Below are positions 1-12,395 of a DNA stretch of 61,177 nucleotides, one piece after another (within the stretch, counting starts at the first letter, position 1; each line of letters begins with the position of its first letter). The notes under the pieces were generated by a model. The model saw only the letters and a list, made by a program, of their open reading frames with translations. It made no database searches and was not told the DNA's origin. The position numbers and the translations under genes are program-made. Source of the stretch: Octopus bimaculoides (Eukaryota); the NCBI RefSeq assembly GCF_001194135.2, contig NC_068985.1, forward strand, positions 69,388,108 to 69,449,284. Direction: 5' to 3'.

Positions 1-1
1 A

Positions 2-1250
2 CAAGGGTTGGACAAAGTAATGTAAACTTTAAAGAAATTTATTTTAAGATGGGGTAGGACCGCTTTTGGCAGAAATTATAGCTTAAATTCTACGAGATAT
101 GGAATCGTACGAAGATTGAATTGTTTCCAAAGGAAATTTTGTCCATTCTTCAGCTAAAATAGTCTTCAGTTCTTGTAGTGATGATGGTAGAGGATACCGA
201 CTCCTTACCTGTTTTTCTAAAATGCACCATAAGTATTCCACAATATTGAAATCTGGAGACTCTTGTGACCACAAAGCATTTTGAACTTCACTACAATGTT
301 CCCCTTGCTGTTCAGTAACAACTTTAGTTGTGTGAATTGCTGCATCATCATCCTGAAAGATTGCGTTTATTTCCGGAAACAGTTCTGCAACAATAGCATG
401 AATTTGATCAGACAAAATGCTTAAATAGTCTTGACTACTAATTCTGCCATGAAGGAAACCATTGGGCCAGCATATTTCCAAGATATAGCTCCTCAGATCA
501 TTACAGATTCTCCTCCATGTCTGAAAGTTGGAAGAAAGCAGTGTGGGTCAAATCCTTCTTTGGTTGTCTCCACGCGTATACTCGGCCGGTGATCGGAAAT
601 AAGGTAAGGGATAACGCGTCCAAGAAAATAGCATTATTCCACTGCTCTAGGGATCAATTCTGTAGGTTGTTACTCCACTCTAAATGCTTTTTAACATTTC
701 TTTTTGAAACTAGTGGTTTTTTTATTGCAGCCCTCCCGTGAAATCCAGCTTTGTCCAGCTCCCGGTGAACGGTTTCTGTGCAAACTGGGTTCCCGAGGTG
801 GTCGTTATGCTCTGCAGTAATTTTGGGAGCTGCACTTTTGTGACACTTTCTTACAATTCGAGTAAGAGTCCGACGGTCCCTCTCTGGAAGTCTTGGCTTT
901 CTTCCGGAATTTATTTCGAAGAGGTGGTTTTTCTCTCTTTCTCAAAGGTTGTCATTACTTTCGAGACCGTACTTCTTGATGCACCAAATATTTCGTCTGC
1001 TTTCGTTACTCTAGCGCATGCCATACGAGCAACTACAATTAGACTTCTTTGAAAGTCCGATAGATCTATTATTTTAATGAATATTAATTACGTTCTAGTA
1101 ATGATATCTGAAAAGAAACAGCAACTTTAGCAAAACATATTAAGCAACACTAATAATAAATCAAAAAACAAAAACAAAGACGGTTTTATGGATATTTTAA
1201 AACTATGATGCTATGTTACTAAGTGTTTCCATTATTTTGTCCAACCCCTA
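2..1250 (-). mobile_element. Full-length decayed Tc1-family DNA transposon
   Basis: 26-bp TIRs: caagggttggacaaagtaatgtaaac (2-27) vs revcomp of 1225-1250 taggggttggacaaaataatggaaac (22/26 identical). TA follows the right end. Encloses a transposase remnant. Confidence 0.92.
83..1068 (-). pseudogene. Tc1 transposase pseudogene (HTH + DDE) with stops and frameshifts
   Basis: Minus-strand translation gives the N-terminal DLSDFQRSLIVVARM..ARVTKADEIFGASRSTVSKVMTTFEKE (Tc1 HTH) and SGRKPRL. C-terminal FQDDDAAIHT..WSQESPDFNIVEYLW matches FQQDNAPCH/WPSQSPDLNPIEHLW. Confidence 0.9.
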
Positions 1251-1627
1251 TATATATATATATATGTGTATCTGTTTTCGTTCACAACTTTGACCCTTCA
1301 TAGATGCAAAGTTTACAGTGATATTTATGGGAGCAACTGTATTCGATAATATATACGTATTATTCATATTATTGTTTAAATGAACGCTACTCATCTATTT
1401 ACAAATAAGTTTATCTTAACATTGTGTTGCGACTCTACTCTATACTGCCTCTCCCTCAACTTTCTCTAATTCCGTTTTTCCCCCTTCATTATTTTCTATC
1501 GCTCTCTCCTTCTCCCTCTTTCTCTTTCTCTCTCTCGTTGGTCACACGTGACCATCGTTCATGTTGCTTTTCCTCACGTGATCGTCTTTCTTTTCCTGCA
1601 TGACGTTCTAAGGACTGGACGTCTTCT

Positions 1628-1702
1628 GTCTCTGTCTCTGTCTGTCTTTCTTTCTCTCTCTCTCTCTCTCCCCCTCTCTCTCTCTCTTCTCTCCTTTCTC
1701 TT
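1628..1702. repeat. (CT)n/(CTGT)n microsatellite
   Basis: Read directly from the sequence. Confidence 0.9.
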
Positions 1703-2034
1703 TTCAAAGAAAATAATTCTCTTAGCGTTCACAATTTTCTGCTCGTTCTGGTCTAACGACTCTCCATATTTGTTTTTATTCGGTTCCTTGTATGCCTCAA
1801 TTGTCGTGATTTTGCTCTCAACTTTTACCAACCCCCCCCCACCCAGCATAAATCCAACATTTTATTTTTGGTATATACGGATACAACTGTCTTCAAAGAG
1901 TCATATTGTCGTTGATGCTCGATATGAGGAGTAGATTGACAACCGACAACTGCTGAAGGGTCGCTCTTTGTGTTACTTGTCCTATTTACCTTTTTTTCTC
2001 TTCTTTTTACGTATTTAACTCATTTGCTTTCGTA

Positions 2035-2038
2035 CCTG

Positions 2039-2070
<32 letters not shown>

Positions 2071-2119
2071 TATTTATTTTATAATTTAATTGAATGCCAC
2101 GCATCCATTTCCAAGTATG

Positions 2120-2172
<53 letters not shown>

Positions 2173-2296
2173 CTATATTTCTATATATATGTAGATATAT
2201 ACTTATATACATATATACGTATACATACGTCTTTCTGAGTGTGTGTGTGTGCGTTGTTCGTGTGCGTGGTGTGTGTGTGTGAGGGAGAGAGAGAGA
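2035..2296. repeat. Compound (TA)n/(GT)n/(GA)n microsatellite region
   Basis: Read directly from the sequence. Confidence 0.9.
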
Positions 2297-3188
2297 CTGT
2301 GCTCTATAAATAATTCTTCTGTATCAAGTAGACAATGAACTAATTATATGACAATTTTTATAACTTAAGCTGAAAATGTGCAGTTATTTTGATACTTTAG
2401 TATTGCTTTAGTGTTTGGGGATGCGTGTGTATATGTATGTTACAGTGAGTAGGTGAGTATGTGGTTGCGCATTTATGTTTTTGTATCTCTGATATTTCTC
2501 ATTCCATTTTTGTTTTATACTAAGTGGAAGAGATAAGTATAATTGTTCCAGATCATATTCCTTTCCCATATTACTCAGAACAAAAACAACATCATCAACA
2601 GCAGCATTAACTGTTAAACAACTGGCACCAAGAAACATCAGAGCTAATAATATTAATATTGTTTATCATCTTTAAAATGTCACAGATCTTTGACATTTTT
2701 AGCCAACAGAAGCACTTAGAAATATCACTAAACATTATAAATAATAGCACACTTATAGGAAAAATGTGTTTTGGGTTGGAATGGATTAAGAAAAACAGTA
2801 AATATAGAAATATCGAATTAAATAAATGGTGTGTTTATTCATGTTTACTTCGTTATTATTCTCCTTCTGATCAAGTAGCAAAAACAATGATGTCAAAATT
2901 CTCAAGAAGAAATAAATAGATAAATACACAAATGGATATTTAAATATAGAAAAGCTGAAAGTAAGTCATAAAATAAAATTATTTGTAATAGATTCTCACA
3001 AAGGCAAAAGGTCAGCAATTTTGAATGAATGGTTTTATTCGTTACTATAACCCCTCCCCATGTAGTTGGCTGTATATTTCATCACGCCACGGAAATTGAA
3101 CTCACATCATAAAGAAGATTGTCAGCTCACAACCATCAATAATAATATAAACGATGATGATGATGAAAATAATTGTCTCAAATTTTTT

Positions 3189-3387
3189 CCACAAGGGCAG
3201 CTTGGGGGAGTTGGAGATCAGTCGATTACATCGGCCCTAGTACTCAACTAGCAAAAAATATATCGATCTCGAAAGGATTAAAGGCAAAGTCAACATCGCC
3301 GGAATTTGAACTTAGAACGTAATGACGGGCGAAATTCTGCTAAGTACTTCGTCCAACGTGGTAACGATTTTGCCAGCTCGCCACCTT
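3189..3387 (-). mobile_element. tRNA-derived SINE, family A (GGCGAGCTGGCAGAATCGTTA.. head)
   Basis: Revcomp has GGTGGCGAGCTGGCAAAATCGTT, a B-box-like AGTTCAAATTCC and GACTTTGCCTTT..GTCGAT..GGGCCGATGTAATCGAC. Homologous to copies at 11.1, 30.6, 41.7 and 42.0 kb. Confidence 0.85.
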
Positions 3388-3404
3388 GATGATGATGACG
3401 ATAA

Positions 3405-4044
3405 GGGTCGAAAGCGTGACTCACATTGTTAGTGCTTGTGAAATTCTTGCACAGAATGCGTACAAGCGTGGACATGACAAGGTAGCCCAAATCCTCCACT
3501 TGCTACATTGCCTTAAGTATGAATATACAACGGAAAAGGTAATCCATGAAAAGCGGAAGGCAACAATTCTCTAGAACTTGAACTTGTAGACAAGCAGGGT
3601 ATTATAACATCGAAGGTCGTGTATAGTAACCGTTATGAGGGACAAACACGAGTGCCTAATAGTTGACGTGACAGTGCCTCCAGATCAACATATCATCATG
3701 AAAGAAAGAGAAAATGTTGATAAATATCGAGACATAAGAAGTGAGATCACTAAGATGAGACAGCCACGAGAGTCAAACATAAAGGTTATAGCTATAGTCA
3801 TCGGAGCCTTGGGTTCAAAACCACCCAATCTGAAAAAAATACCACATTTGAAGACTTTAGAAAAGCCCTACAGTTTGATGTATTGCAAAAGACGGCATTA
3901 TTTGGAACTGCAGGCATATTGCGTAAATTACTGTTCGTCTGAGGTCCTCGTGACTTGACACACAGTACAAATGTCCGGTAGATAAAATATTTTCGATCAA
4001 AAACCTCACAATATTGTATACTGTGCGACGTCTATAGTAATGAA

Positions 4045-4117
<73 letters not shown>
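3405..4117 (+). mobile_element. 5'-truncated R4/Dong-like non-LTR retrotransposon (zinc knuckle + restriction-like endonuclease) with (TAA)n tail, copy 1
   Basis: HIVSACEILAQNAYKRGHDKVAQILH; CLIVDVTVPPDQHIIMKERENVDKYRDIRSEITKM..VIAIVIGALG; QKTALFGTAGILRK. Ends in (AAT)n at 4045-4117. Confidence 0.85.
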
Positions 4118-4118
<1 letters not shown>

Positions 4119-4788
4119 CACACAAGTTCAACGGACTTGTGCTGAATGTATGAGAGGAGTGTCCAAAGTGTGACTCCCGTAGTTAGTGCTTGAGAATGTC
4201 TTGCGCAGAAAGACTACAAACGTAGACACGCCCATGTAGCCAAAAATCCGCTCTGGATACTACGCCATAAGTATGGATATGAAGTTACAGGTGCTTGGTA
4301 CAAACATACACCGCAAAACTTAATGGACGAAAAGGGGAAGACAAAAAACCACTCGGACTTTGACTTCCAAACAGAGAAAGTATTACAGCACCGAAGTCCA
4401 GATATAGTAGCCTTCAGGAGGGACAAACAAGAGAGCCTAGCAATTGACGAAGGAGTGGCAGGAAATTAACATATCATCATGAAAGAAAGAGAAAAAGTTG
4501 ATAAATATGGAAACTTAAGAATTGAGATCGCTAACATGTGACAGCTACGTGAATCAAACATAAAGTTTGTAGCTATTGTCATCGGAGCATTGGATTCAAT
4601 ACCAACCAGTCTGAAGAAGCATCTGGAAACTTTAGAAATACACTGCAATCTAGGTGTTTTGCAAAAGTCGGCATTTTGCGTAAAGTACTGTCTGTCTGAG
4701 GTCCTTGTGACTTGGCAAACAGTACAAACTACCGCTTGACATAATATCGTCAATCACCAACATCACATATTTTATACTGTGCGACGAC

Positions 4789-4857
<69 letters not shown>
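4118..4857 (+). mobile_element. 5'-truncated R4/Dong-like LINE, copy 2, directly after the tail of copy 1
   Basis: LAQKDYKRRHAHVA..WYKHTPQ..DFDFQTEKVLQHRSPDIV..KEREKVDKYGNLRIEI..AIVIGALDSIPTSLKKHLETL. Shares the 3' UTR end ..tactgtgcgacg with copy 1. (TAA)n tail at 4791-4857. Confidence 0.85.
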
Positions 4858-4859
<2 letters not shown>

Positions 4860-5289
4860 TGATTATCAGGTACTGGATCGCATTGTTTCTGATCTTAACT
4901 GATTGAAAGTGTCACCATGTACATTGTTTTGTCTTAGGACAAAAGATGGGCTAAAGCAAATATTATACTCTGTACCACTGATTTGCTTGTCAGTTATTTG
5001 ACCCTACTCAATTGAGCATATCTCATGACAGAAATAGTGGGGGAGCATCATAGCCATGTATTGAGAGGAATTCTTTAGGGTTTGCAAACAACTATTAAAC
5101 AACACTTATTCAGGGATCTTATGAGCAGGAAGGGTTACATGACCTGAAAACAATTCTAACTGGACCCCATCTGCAAGGTCATGCGTTGCTTATCTCGATA
5201 TGAAATCACCACATCGCACACATATGATTGTGATGTTTGTGCTTGGTATACCTTTATTCGACGTGTGATTATGATAGGTATATTAGGCT

Positions 5290-6655
5290 TAGTACCCCAG
5301 TGTCTATTTGATGGCATACACGGCTCTTGCACACAATCTCAGCTCTGAATGGATAGATTATAAAAAGGCCTTGGACAGCCTACCGCATTCATGGATATTG
5401 AAATCAATGGATATCTTCAAGATTCCTCATGTGAATTCAAATTTCCTGAGGCACAACATGTCAATGTAAAATACGAATCTACAATTATGCCTGTCTAATA
5501 CAGTACTGACTACAACAAATATTAATATCAACTGCGGCATTTTCCAAGGTGATTCACTTTCATTTTAATTTTCTGTATAGCCCTAATACCCATTACAAGT
5601 GAACTTGTCGGCATTTTGCGTAAAGTACTGTCTGTCTGAGGTCCCTGTGAACAGGGTATGGATATAAACCTGGCGACAAGAAAGTAAGTAATGTGTTTTA
5701 TATGGATGACTTAAAAATCTATAGGAAAGACAATAATTGGCGTGAAGGACTTGTACGTACTGTGAAAGTCATCTGTGATGACACTGGGATGGAATTTAGA
5801 CTTGCTAAATGTGCTAAGGCCACGTTGCAGAAAGGGAAACTGAAGACATTACATTTAATGCTGTTGGCTGTTGACACAGTCAGAAAAGAACTCGAGCAGG
5901 AACAAACTTACAAATATCTCGAAATAAATGAGAGGTCTGGCATTCAGCATGCAAGCATGAAAGAAGATCCGGAAGGAGTATTATAGGAAACTAGTTCGAG
6001 CAGTCCCAAAGTGCGAGTTAAAAGCATGTAACAAGGTGTTAGCTACGAATTCCTTGGCAGTTCTGATTGTTATTTACAGTTTCAGTGTATTGAACTGCAA
6101 TATGAACGAAATAAAGATGATTAACAAGAAAATCCGTAAGCTACTAACTCGCAAGAAGATGCACCGCTCAAAGGCACACGCACATCGTTTTTATCTACCC
6201 AGAGACCAAAGAGGTGGAGGATTGATCCAATTTGAAATCTACAAAATCACCAAAATTGGACTGGCAGAATATCATGAAACATCTGATAACTAGATACTAG
6301 AGTTCGTTGAAAATCTTGAAAGACGTAAGAAGCTTCATTCTGTTAAGCTGAATATTAAAACAAAACTTTCAAGTGAATTCATGCATAATACCCATGTAAA
6401 GTGCATGATGGAAATGCAGCAACTGCAATTGCAAAGAAGATCAAATTAATAGCTTTTGAACAATTGGCTGATAGATGGGAACAAAAAACGTCTGCATGGT
6501 AATATGCAGGCCGTAGGAAACGAGCTTATGTAGACCAGAAGCACGCCCATCAGTGGCTACGGTGCTTAGGGCGGCTAAAGGCAGAGAGTGAAGGATCTAT
6601 CTTGGCTGCCTAAGATCCGATCGTATTGACCCGTAACTATAAAGCCTTTCGATAC
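5290..6655 (+). mobile_element. R4/Dong-like LINE reverse transcriptase and thumb remnant
   Basis: WIDYKKALDSLPHSWI, GIFQGDSLS, FYMDDLKIY, GMEFRLAKCAK, YKYLEI, FYLPRDQRGGGL, LKAESEGSILAA*D..TRNYK. Many stops. Confidence 0.88.
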
Positions 6656-6713
6656 AGAGGCAGGAGAGCGTGGTAGTGAGTGAGAAAGTGAGAGAGAGAG
6701 TGATGATAGAATG

Positions 6714-6826
<113 letters not shown>

Positions 6827-7139
6827 CTTCTCCTTCGCATCATTTGGAGTTAAACGGAAATGTCAAGAATCGAATCTAAACTTAACGACACTAATATATC
6901 TGAAGCTTCTATTGAAAGTGTCCTTTTCAGTTATTATCCTGTGAAATAGCAACACATGCCCGGTGTTACTAAGACACTGCTGATCATGAACAGCAAAAGA
7001 GCTCAATATTCTGATCAGAACTGAACTGAAAATCCCAATAAAAATATTACATATTTGAGGCCGTGGAGCACGAATTAATAATGGTACAACAAAGAGCAAG
7101 CTTTGGTTTCGGTGCTACATTGCAACTCAAACATCAGAA

Positions 7140-7790
7140 ACGCCCGTAAAGTTTCACACATTTATTGTCTCTGTGGACGATTAATTTCAACTTTCCATAA
7201 CATATGCTAGTTCTAACTACAGGCCTTCAGTTTATTTTAATTCGATAAAATCTGGATGAGCCGTTTGTTGTTTTTCTATGTCCATGTTTGTACATTCAGA
7301 AAATTCAGACAGTACCTGTTAGATATTTAGAAACATTAGTGCAATACATTTCTCACCTATCAGTTAACAAGACTGTAATTTCCTCTATGAATAATGGCAT
7401 TCTAATCATCATATAATTCAAGCGTGAGGCGTTCATTAGAAGACTTCTACTTGTATAACTATTGATGTACACCTCGATGCTTGTTTAAAGTCCTTCAAAT
7501 CTGGTCAACTTCAGCTACTCAACTTGCTCTCTCTGTCCGAGAAGATGGTTAATATACTACGATTCAGACTTTTCAACACAGCGATTCTACCTCTCAATTT
7601 TTGTCAGCTTTTAAATATGTAACCAGTTTAGCCTCCTGAATTTAGCTCAAAAGCTCATACTTCCACAATCTTGACTCAATGATGACCACCACTTCTATAT
7701 CTAGTAACTTGAAGCCTTTGAGGCTCACGTACCAGATTACCCCTGGCAACATGTATTCACTGTGCCTGTTCTAAAGTCATGTCTTGTAAA
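7140..7790 (-). mobile_element. Decayed L1/Tx1-like apurinic endonuclease fragment
   Basis: Minus-strand fragments LDIEVVVIIESRL, RGRIAVLK..TIFSDRESKL, LIGE (vs GDWN) and YGKL (vs YWKLN) lie in the order expected for L1-clade APE. Heavily mutated. Confidence 0.5.
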
Positions 7791-8810
7791 GTACCTCTTA
7801 CTTTATTCCTGTGGAATGACAAGTGTCTCTTTTTCTTGCTGATGCTTCTTATTTACTCGCGTTAGTCATTGTATACACTTTTTAAAAACATAACATAATT
7901 TTTTTTCATTTAATCTGGAATTTTTAAAGTGTGCATGTGTTACTTAGATAACATTTATATGCGCCGATGTAATATGTGTACTACCGAATTACTTGTATTT
8001 TTATATTGACGCGTGTGGTTCATTATTCCTTTGTTAATTGAGGCTTTCGTCCTGTATTTTATGCTTTCTTTGTTCATTACGTTCGTGCTGGTCGGTGTTC
8101 TGGCTATTAAAATGTTTGTGCGTTTGTGTGGGGGGTACTTGTATGGGGGCTGATGCTTGTGTCTGCGTCAGAATCATGTTGAACTTGTCTCTGTAGTGTT
8201 GGTGGTGGTAGTGTGTCTGTGTCTCTGTGTGTGTTTGTATGTGTATTTGTATGTGGATTTGAGAATTCAATGCAAAAATATCGACTCCTGTACATTTATT
8301 TTGTCTTAACCATTGATTACATTGTGTCTGTCAGTTTCGCCATCTATCCTGTTATTAAGAAATTATATTAAAATATCGATCCGCCTACGGTCTCCGCATG
8401 TTAAATTAATAACATAGAATAACGGTTATTTCAAATATTTCTTTAATTATCAACGACTCGTTATAGCGTATGCGTTTGTATATGAAATATATAACGTTCA
8501 ATTCGACAGAAATTTAGTTAAATGTGTTATTGTTTTCTTGATATATTTTGTAACATGTTACAACCGCAGCGCTAAGATAATATAAAATAAATATCCCTAA
8601 ATACTATGAGTTAAATCCAAATTTATTATGTGTCATTACGGATAATTACATATACATATATACGTAGCTACATATATATGTATTTATGAGTGTGTAATTT
8701 TGTGACTAATGTATGCTTGTGTGTGTGCGTGTGGTGTATATATATATTTACATTCATATATATTCACACACACCCATACATATATAGACACAAACATACA
8801 TATAGAAAAA

Positions 8811-9113
8811 GTGCGTGGCTTAAAGGCTAGTGTATTTGATTCATGATTCCCAACGGTGCTTGTGTCTTTGAGCAAGTCACTTTATTTCACGTCGCTCCTG
8901 TCTACTTAGCTAGCAAAAATGAGTTGTACTTGTAATTTCAAAGAGGCAGCTTTGCCATATTGGGTGGGGGGTCACGCTGACTCTTACTTAGAACTACGTT
9001 TAGACTAAGTTTATCTGTGGCGTTCTCAGCCACTTGTCACTCAATTTCAAGGGTAGCCTGTTCCGTTCATCGGATCAACTGAAACATTCTTCGTCATAAC
9101 CGAGGAGAGACGG
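8811..9113 (+). mobile_element. CORE-like tRNA-derived SINE, family B
   Basis: Head gcgtggctt.., then gtgtctttgagcaagtcactttatttcac resembling the CORE motif (TGTGACCTTGGGCAAGTCACTT). Related fragments at 40.8 and 57.5 kb. Confidence 0.65.
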
Positions 9114-9515
9114 ACCACATATATGTGTGTACATGTGCGCGTGTGTGCGTGTATGTGTGGGTGTGTGGGTTGGTGTACGTGCGCGCGAGTGTGTATAGAG
9201 ATAGATAGATATGTGCATCATATAATTGTGTGAAACGCAGGAAAATCATATTGTTGGCGTCTTTAGTTGTTGATCGTAATCGTAAAAGTAATATCAACAA
9301 TAAACAAGCATTTGTTATGTACATAACTGTCAACAGAAGTCATCATATTTAAGTTTATTTTTCTTCTGTCTGTTGAATATCTTCTGTTATGTGAACTTAT
9401 AACTATTTTTCTTTCCATTATTTCATAGCCTGAGTTATATCGCATGTTAGAATGCAAAAGGGAAAATACTATATTACTTATAAATAAACGTGCTTTGAAA
9501 ATTCCAATAGGTCTT

Positions 9516-9550
<35 letters not shown>

Positions 9551-10097
9551 TAGCATGCAGCACCTAAAATGTAGGCAAATAGAGATTAACTCAAGCAAAT
9601 GTTATATAATCAGTCCTTCGATTATCCATTATTTACGAACAGCAGGAAAGCCCCTCAACCTTGACCCTCGATCATATTTATGGGTATAACTAATCTTTAC
9701 TATCATCAAAAGTCATGTATCCTAAACGGCAGAATTTATTTTTCATAAAGTACGCCCTGAGATTTCAGACGATTTCACCAGCAAACTGGAAGGTTTGCTG
9801 GTGTCTAGTTTATAATTTAGTAATTTAATTTTCTTTACAAACCAATGTCAGCCTCTTTGCGCGAGTATATAAAAATAGTAGTTCAGAAATCTATACAGAG
9901 TATCTTTTCAAAGCCATTTGTCTGTAGAAAATGTGAGGCCACTAAATATCCAATTAATAAATTGAATTTCAGACAGCATAGCTCCTCCATAAACAAAACA
10001 AAATCAAAAAATTGAAACGAAAAAATAACTCAAAGGAAATTAAGTGAAATGGCAAAATATTTGTAAGTTCAAGTACTTTTAATATTATTTTTAATAA

Positions 10098-10098
10098 C

Positions 10099-10159
<61 letters not shown>

Positions 10160-10364
10160 TTGGCGGCGGCAGCAGCAGTAGTAGTAGTCGTAGTAATAGT
10201 GGTAGTGGTGGTGGTGGTGGTGGTGAAATCGGGACGATGGTGAGGACGGTGGTGTTGGTGTTGGTGCTGGTGTTGATGATTGTAGCAACACCAGCAGTAG
10301 CCGATACACCAGTAGATTCACCAGCAATAATATCAGCAGCAGCAGAAGTAGTAGTAGTAGTAGC

Positions 10365-10409
<45 letters not shown>

Positions 10410-10432
10410 TGTAGTGGCAGCAGCAGCAGCAG
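10098..10432. repeat. Compound trinucleotide repeat (TAG)n/(CAG)n/(GGT)n
   Basis: Read directly. Explains the poly-T/L/V/Y ORFs at 9969-10470. Confidence 0.9.
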
Positions 10433-11147
10433 GCAAGAATAATAATGATTTATTGTCTGTCCGTCGTTGATTTTATGGATGAAGAGAAGGAATTTATTTT
10501 TTTCCCCATCTTAAGTTTATTCCTTTTCAATAATGATGTAGCTGTCGGTTTTTTTTTTACCAAATTTTGTTGGGTTTTTTTTCCAAATTCATTTCGCCTT
10601 TTATAGTGATTGCTGTTGTTTTATTTTTTCTTGTTAATTTATTGACAAGTTTGATTTAATGATTTAAAATTTAATTTCGATAAGACGGACAGACAGACTG
10701 ACACGTTAGTAAACAGAAATAACAACAATAATAGCAGAATACAATAATAAAAGAAACGGTTGGCAAAGCTCTACAAACACAATAATAGCAATTATAAACA
10801 ATTTACCAAGGAACATTGAGCGAAATAGAGTCCGCTTAGGTATATTTTTTGACTTGCGAGAAATAGTAGCTATAATCGCCACAAAATTATACTCTCATAG
10901 GAAGGAACGGAATATTTACAGCTACGTTGAGCTTTGGACAACAGTATTGGCTTGGGGTTGAACGATCATTAAAGCATGAGTCACTTCCACATAATGAATA
11001 TCAACAAGCGTACCATATGTACATAGAGAATCTCTGCTCATTAGCTTGTTTTACTAAAATTAGCAACAAAAACAAACTCAATATATAGACCATAATATAC
11101 AAATATAAGTACATATGGGATAAGATTTGTTTTTAATTTTTGCACAA

Positions 11148-11298
11148 AGCCAGCAATATTGGTGAAGAGGCTCAGTGGAGTAGATCGACCCCAGGATTCA
11201 AGTGTATGCAATGCAACGTCGACAACAGGACGTGAATTCAGCCAAAATACTGCTAAGTCTTTAGCCCAGGGTGCAAACGATTCTGCCATTTCACCGCT
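11148..11298 (-). mobile_element. Family A SINE, degenerate copy
   Basis: Revcomp: gcggtgaaatggcagaatcgtttgcaccctgggctaaagacttagcagtattttggctgaattcacg.., homologous to 42048-42260. Confidence 0.7.
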
Positions 11299-12060
11299 CT
11301 ACCGTATAGGATAATATCATCTAGAGGTAAAGTGTGAAAATAACAAAAGATAATTATGGACATAATAGCTTTTACAACGGCAGACTTTAGCAAATATATA
11401 AACAGTATCTGACTGCCAAAAACACAAAACTTTCTTGAAATGTTTTGCATTTCAAAATGCAAAGCTACAGAATTTTTTAAGAAACTATTTCTGTGTGATT
11501 GCCAATAGCTTAATAATTCGTTATATCGTTATCAATGTAAGAGTATATTTAAGAGTATACCTGCAAGAGTATATCTGCAAGAGCATATCTGCAAAAAATA
11601 CAAAACTCCTATTAAATATCAGAAGGAAGTGAAGTAATTCCTTATCAACAGTAATGTATTATTTTTTAATGCTCTTTGGGACATTCTAAAGAAGTTTATA
11701 ATTACAATGTTTTTTAAATGCCAGCATTAGCATAGATGAAGCAGAACTATAAGTAAACACAATTCAACTTCTAATTGTATTTCAGTGTTTATTTTCCTGA
11801 TTGAATTAAAAAATTCCTGCCCATTCTAATTTGCGTAATATGTAATTTATTGAGTTATATGTGTGCTATGTTTCAGAAAGAAAAAGAAGAGTGGTAATGG
11901 GAATATTTGATTGCTACTTTGGAATGTTCATCCACGGATACACTAGCGTTCACCTTAACTTGAGATACGTGTAGATGTTTACAGCGAAAATTCAAATAAT
12001 ATATTTACACTGAAATTATTTTCATGGCTCAGAAAATAATTTTAAATACACAGTTTACTT

Positions 12061-12395
12061 TTTTTCTTGCTTCAGTCACGAGACTGTGGCCTGATATTCA
12101 TACTATGTCACTTGTGCCGAAACTCTGTCTTACGGGGACGTAAACTTATAACGCCGGTTATCCAGCCTTAGTGCAGAAAAAAAAGACACACACATACAGA
12201 CGCGCGTACAAACACATACTTACACACTAACATGCACGCACGCACACACACACACGTATATTTATAAGATGGGCTTCCTTCACATTCCGTCAACCTAATC
12301 CGCACATAAGTATTTGGTCGGCCTCAAGTGATAGTAGAAGACACCCGACCTATGTGTCACGTCGTGGCAGTGAACCTAGAACGATGCGGCTGCTC
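12061..12395 (-). mobile_element. Family C tRNA/CORE-like SINE with internal (CA)n
   Basis: atgggcttccttcacattccgtc..ttggtcggcc..atagtagaagacac.., homologous to 26905-27070 and 42478-42862. The tail segment ttgcttcagtca..gtggcc..ttacggggacgtaaac lies on the other side of the microsatellite. Confidence 0.7.

Noticed and set aside
4862-5290. Segment between Dong copy 2 and the RT fragment that looks like an interspersed repeat
   Set aside because: It has no second copy in the window and no diagnostic motif, so it cannot be supported from this sequence alone.
11555-11600. 14-bp repeat aagagtatatctgc x3-4 as a CRISPR-like array
   Set aside because: The repeats are contiguous with no spacers and the context is eukaryotic. 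It is a simple minisatellite.
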